A stretch of 64,000 nucleotides of DNA, taken from assembly GCA_964428315.1 (NCBI GenBank), contig CAYRXT010000001.1, positions 18,944 through 82,943 of the forward strand, in the 5' to 3' direction; not shown here. The first letter of the stretch is position 1. This stretch comes from an uncultured Planctomycetales bacterium (GTDB lineage Bacteria > Omnitrophota > Gorgyraeia > Zapsychrales > CAYRXT01). Below are more notes on the stretch, generated by a model, which saw nothing but the letters and a program-made list of their open reading frames with translations, was not told where the DNA came from and did not search any database.

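Overview
This is a high-GC bacterial window, probably from a diderm, with two linked loci. An expanded Tad/Flp (type IVc) pilus gene cluster is followed by a single open reading frame that is at least 49.6 kb long.

First locus (nt 155-12887): a 621-aa protein with an N-terminal HTH-like segment, then a promoter and a terminated leader. Eight tandem or nearby Flp-family prepilin paralogs follow, one of which (2901..3062, 53 aa) is below the ORF-track size cutoff. After them come a 546-aa Cys-rich TadE/F-like pseudopilin, a small TadE-like pseudopilin, a 1040-aa Cys-rich (~46 Cys) TadG-like protein, another Flp pilin, and TadB- and TadC-like platform proteins. No ATPase (TadA/CpaF), prepilin peptidase, secretin, CpaB or TadZ gene is present in the window.

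The AT-rich spacer (12.9-14.3 kb) carries clustered TGTCCAAT-type motifs, including a perfect 24-bp palindrome. The same motif also flanks the first gene. The spacer also holds a promoter-plus-terminator pair that predicts a roughly 180-nt small transcript.

Second locus: a + strand reading frame opens at ATG 14348 (in-frame TGA at 14327-14329). Codon by codon, I found no stop in it through the window end at 64000. That is at least 16,551 codons with the 3' end missing. The ORF track omits it, presumably because it never terminates in-window, and instead lists many long antisense ORFs over this span, which I regard as artefacts.

Motifs I can recognise in the translation, in order: an N-terminal membrane anchor; an OmpA-like peptidoglycan-binding domain; a Gly/Ala-rich multi-helix membrane region; and HExxH motifs. 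A lower-GC signalling block follows, with a GHKL ATPase, an in-frame 120-bp tandem duplication, a HisKA H-box plus HATPase_c, and two GGDEF (GGEEF) domains. Further downstream are an acidic disordered linker, a polytopic membrane region with an S2P/M50-like NLLPxGxxDGG motif, and two paralogous ~270-aa four-TM modules 8.2 kb apart. After those come an FlgD-Ig-like domain, an internal T9SS-type (Por_Secre_tail-like) sorting domain, TPR repeats, an SLT lytic-transglycosylase domain and a beta-rich C-terminal region.

Taken together the window suggests a giant envelope-associated protein with cell-wall-binding and cell-wall-lytic activity and c-di-GMP signalling, genetically coupled to an unusual Tad pilus. 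That functional reading is inference from sequence alone.
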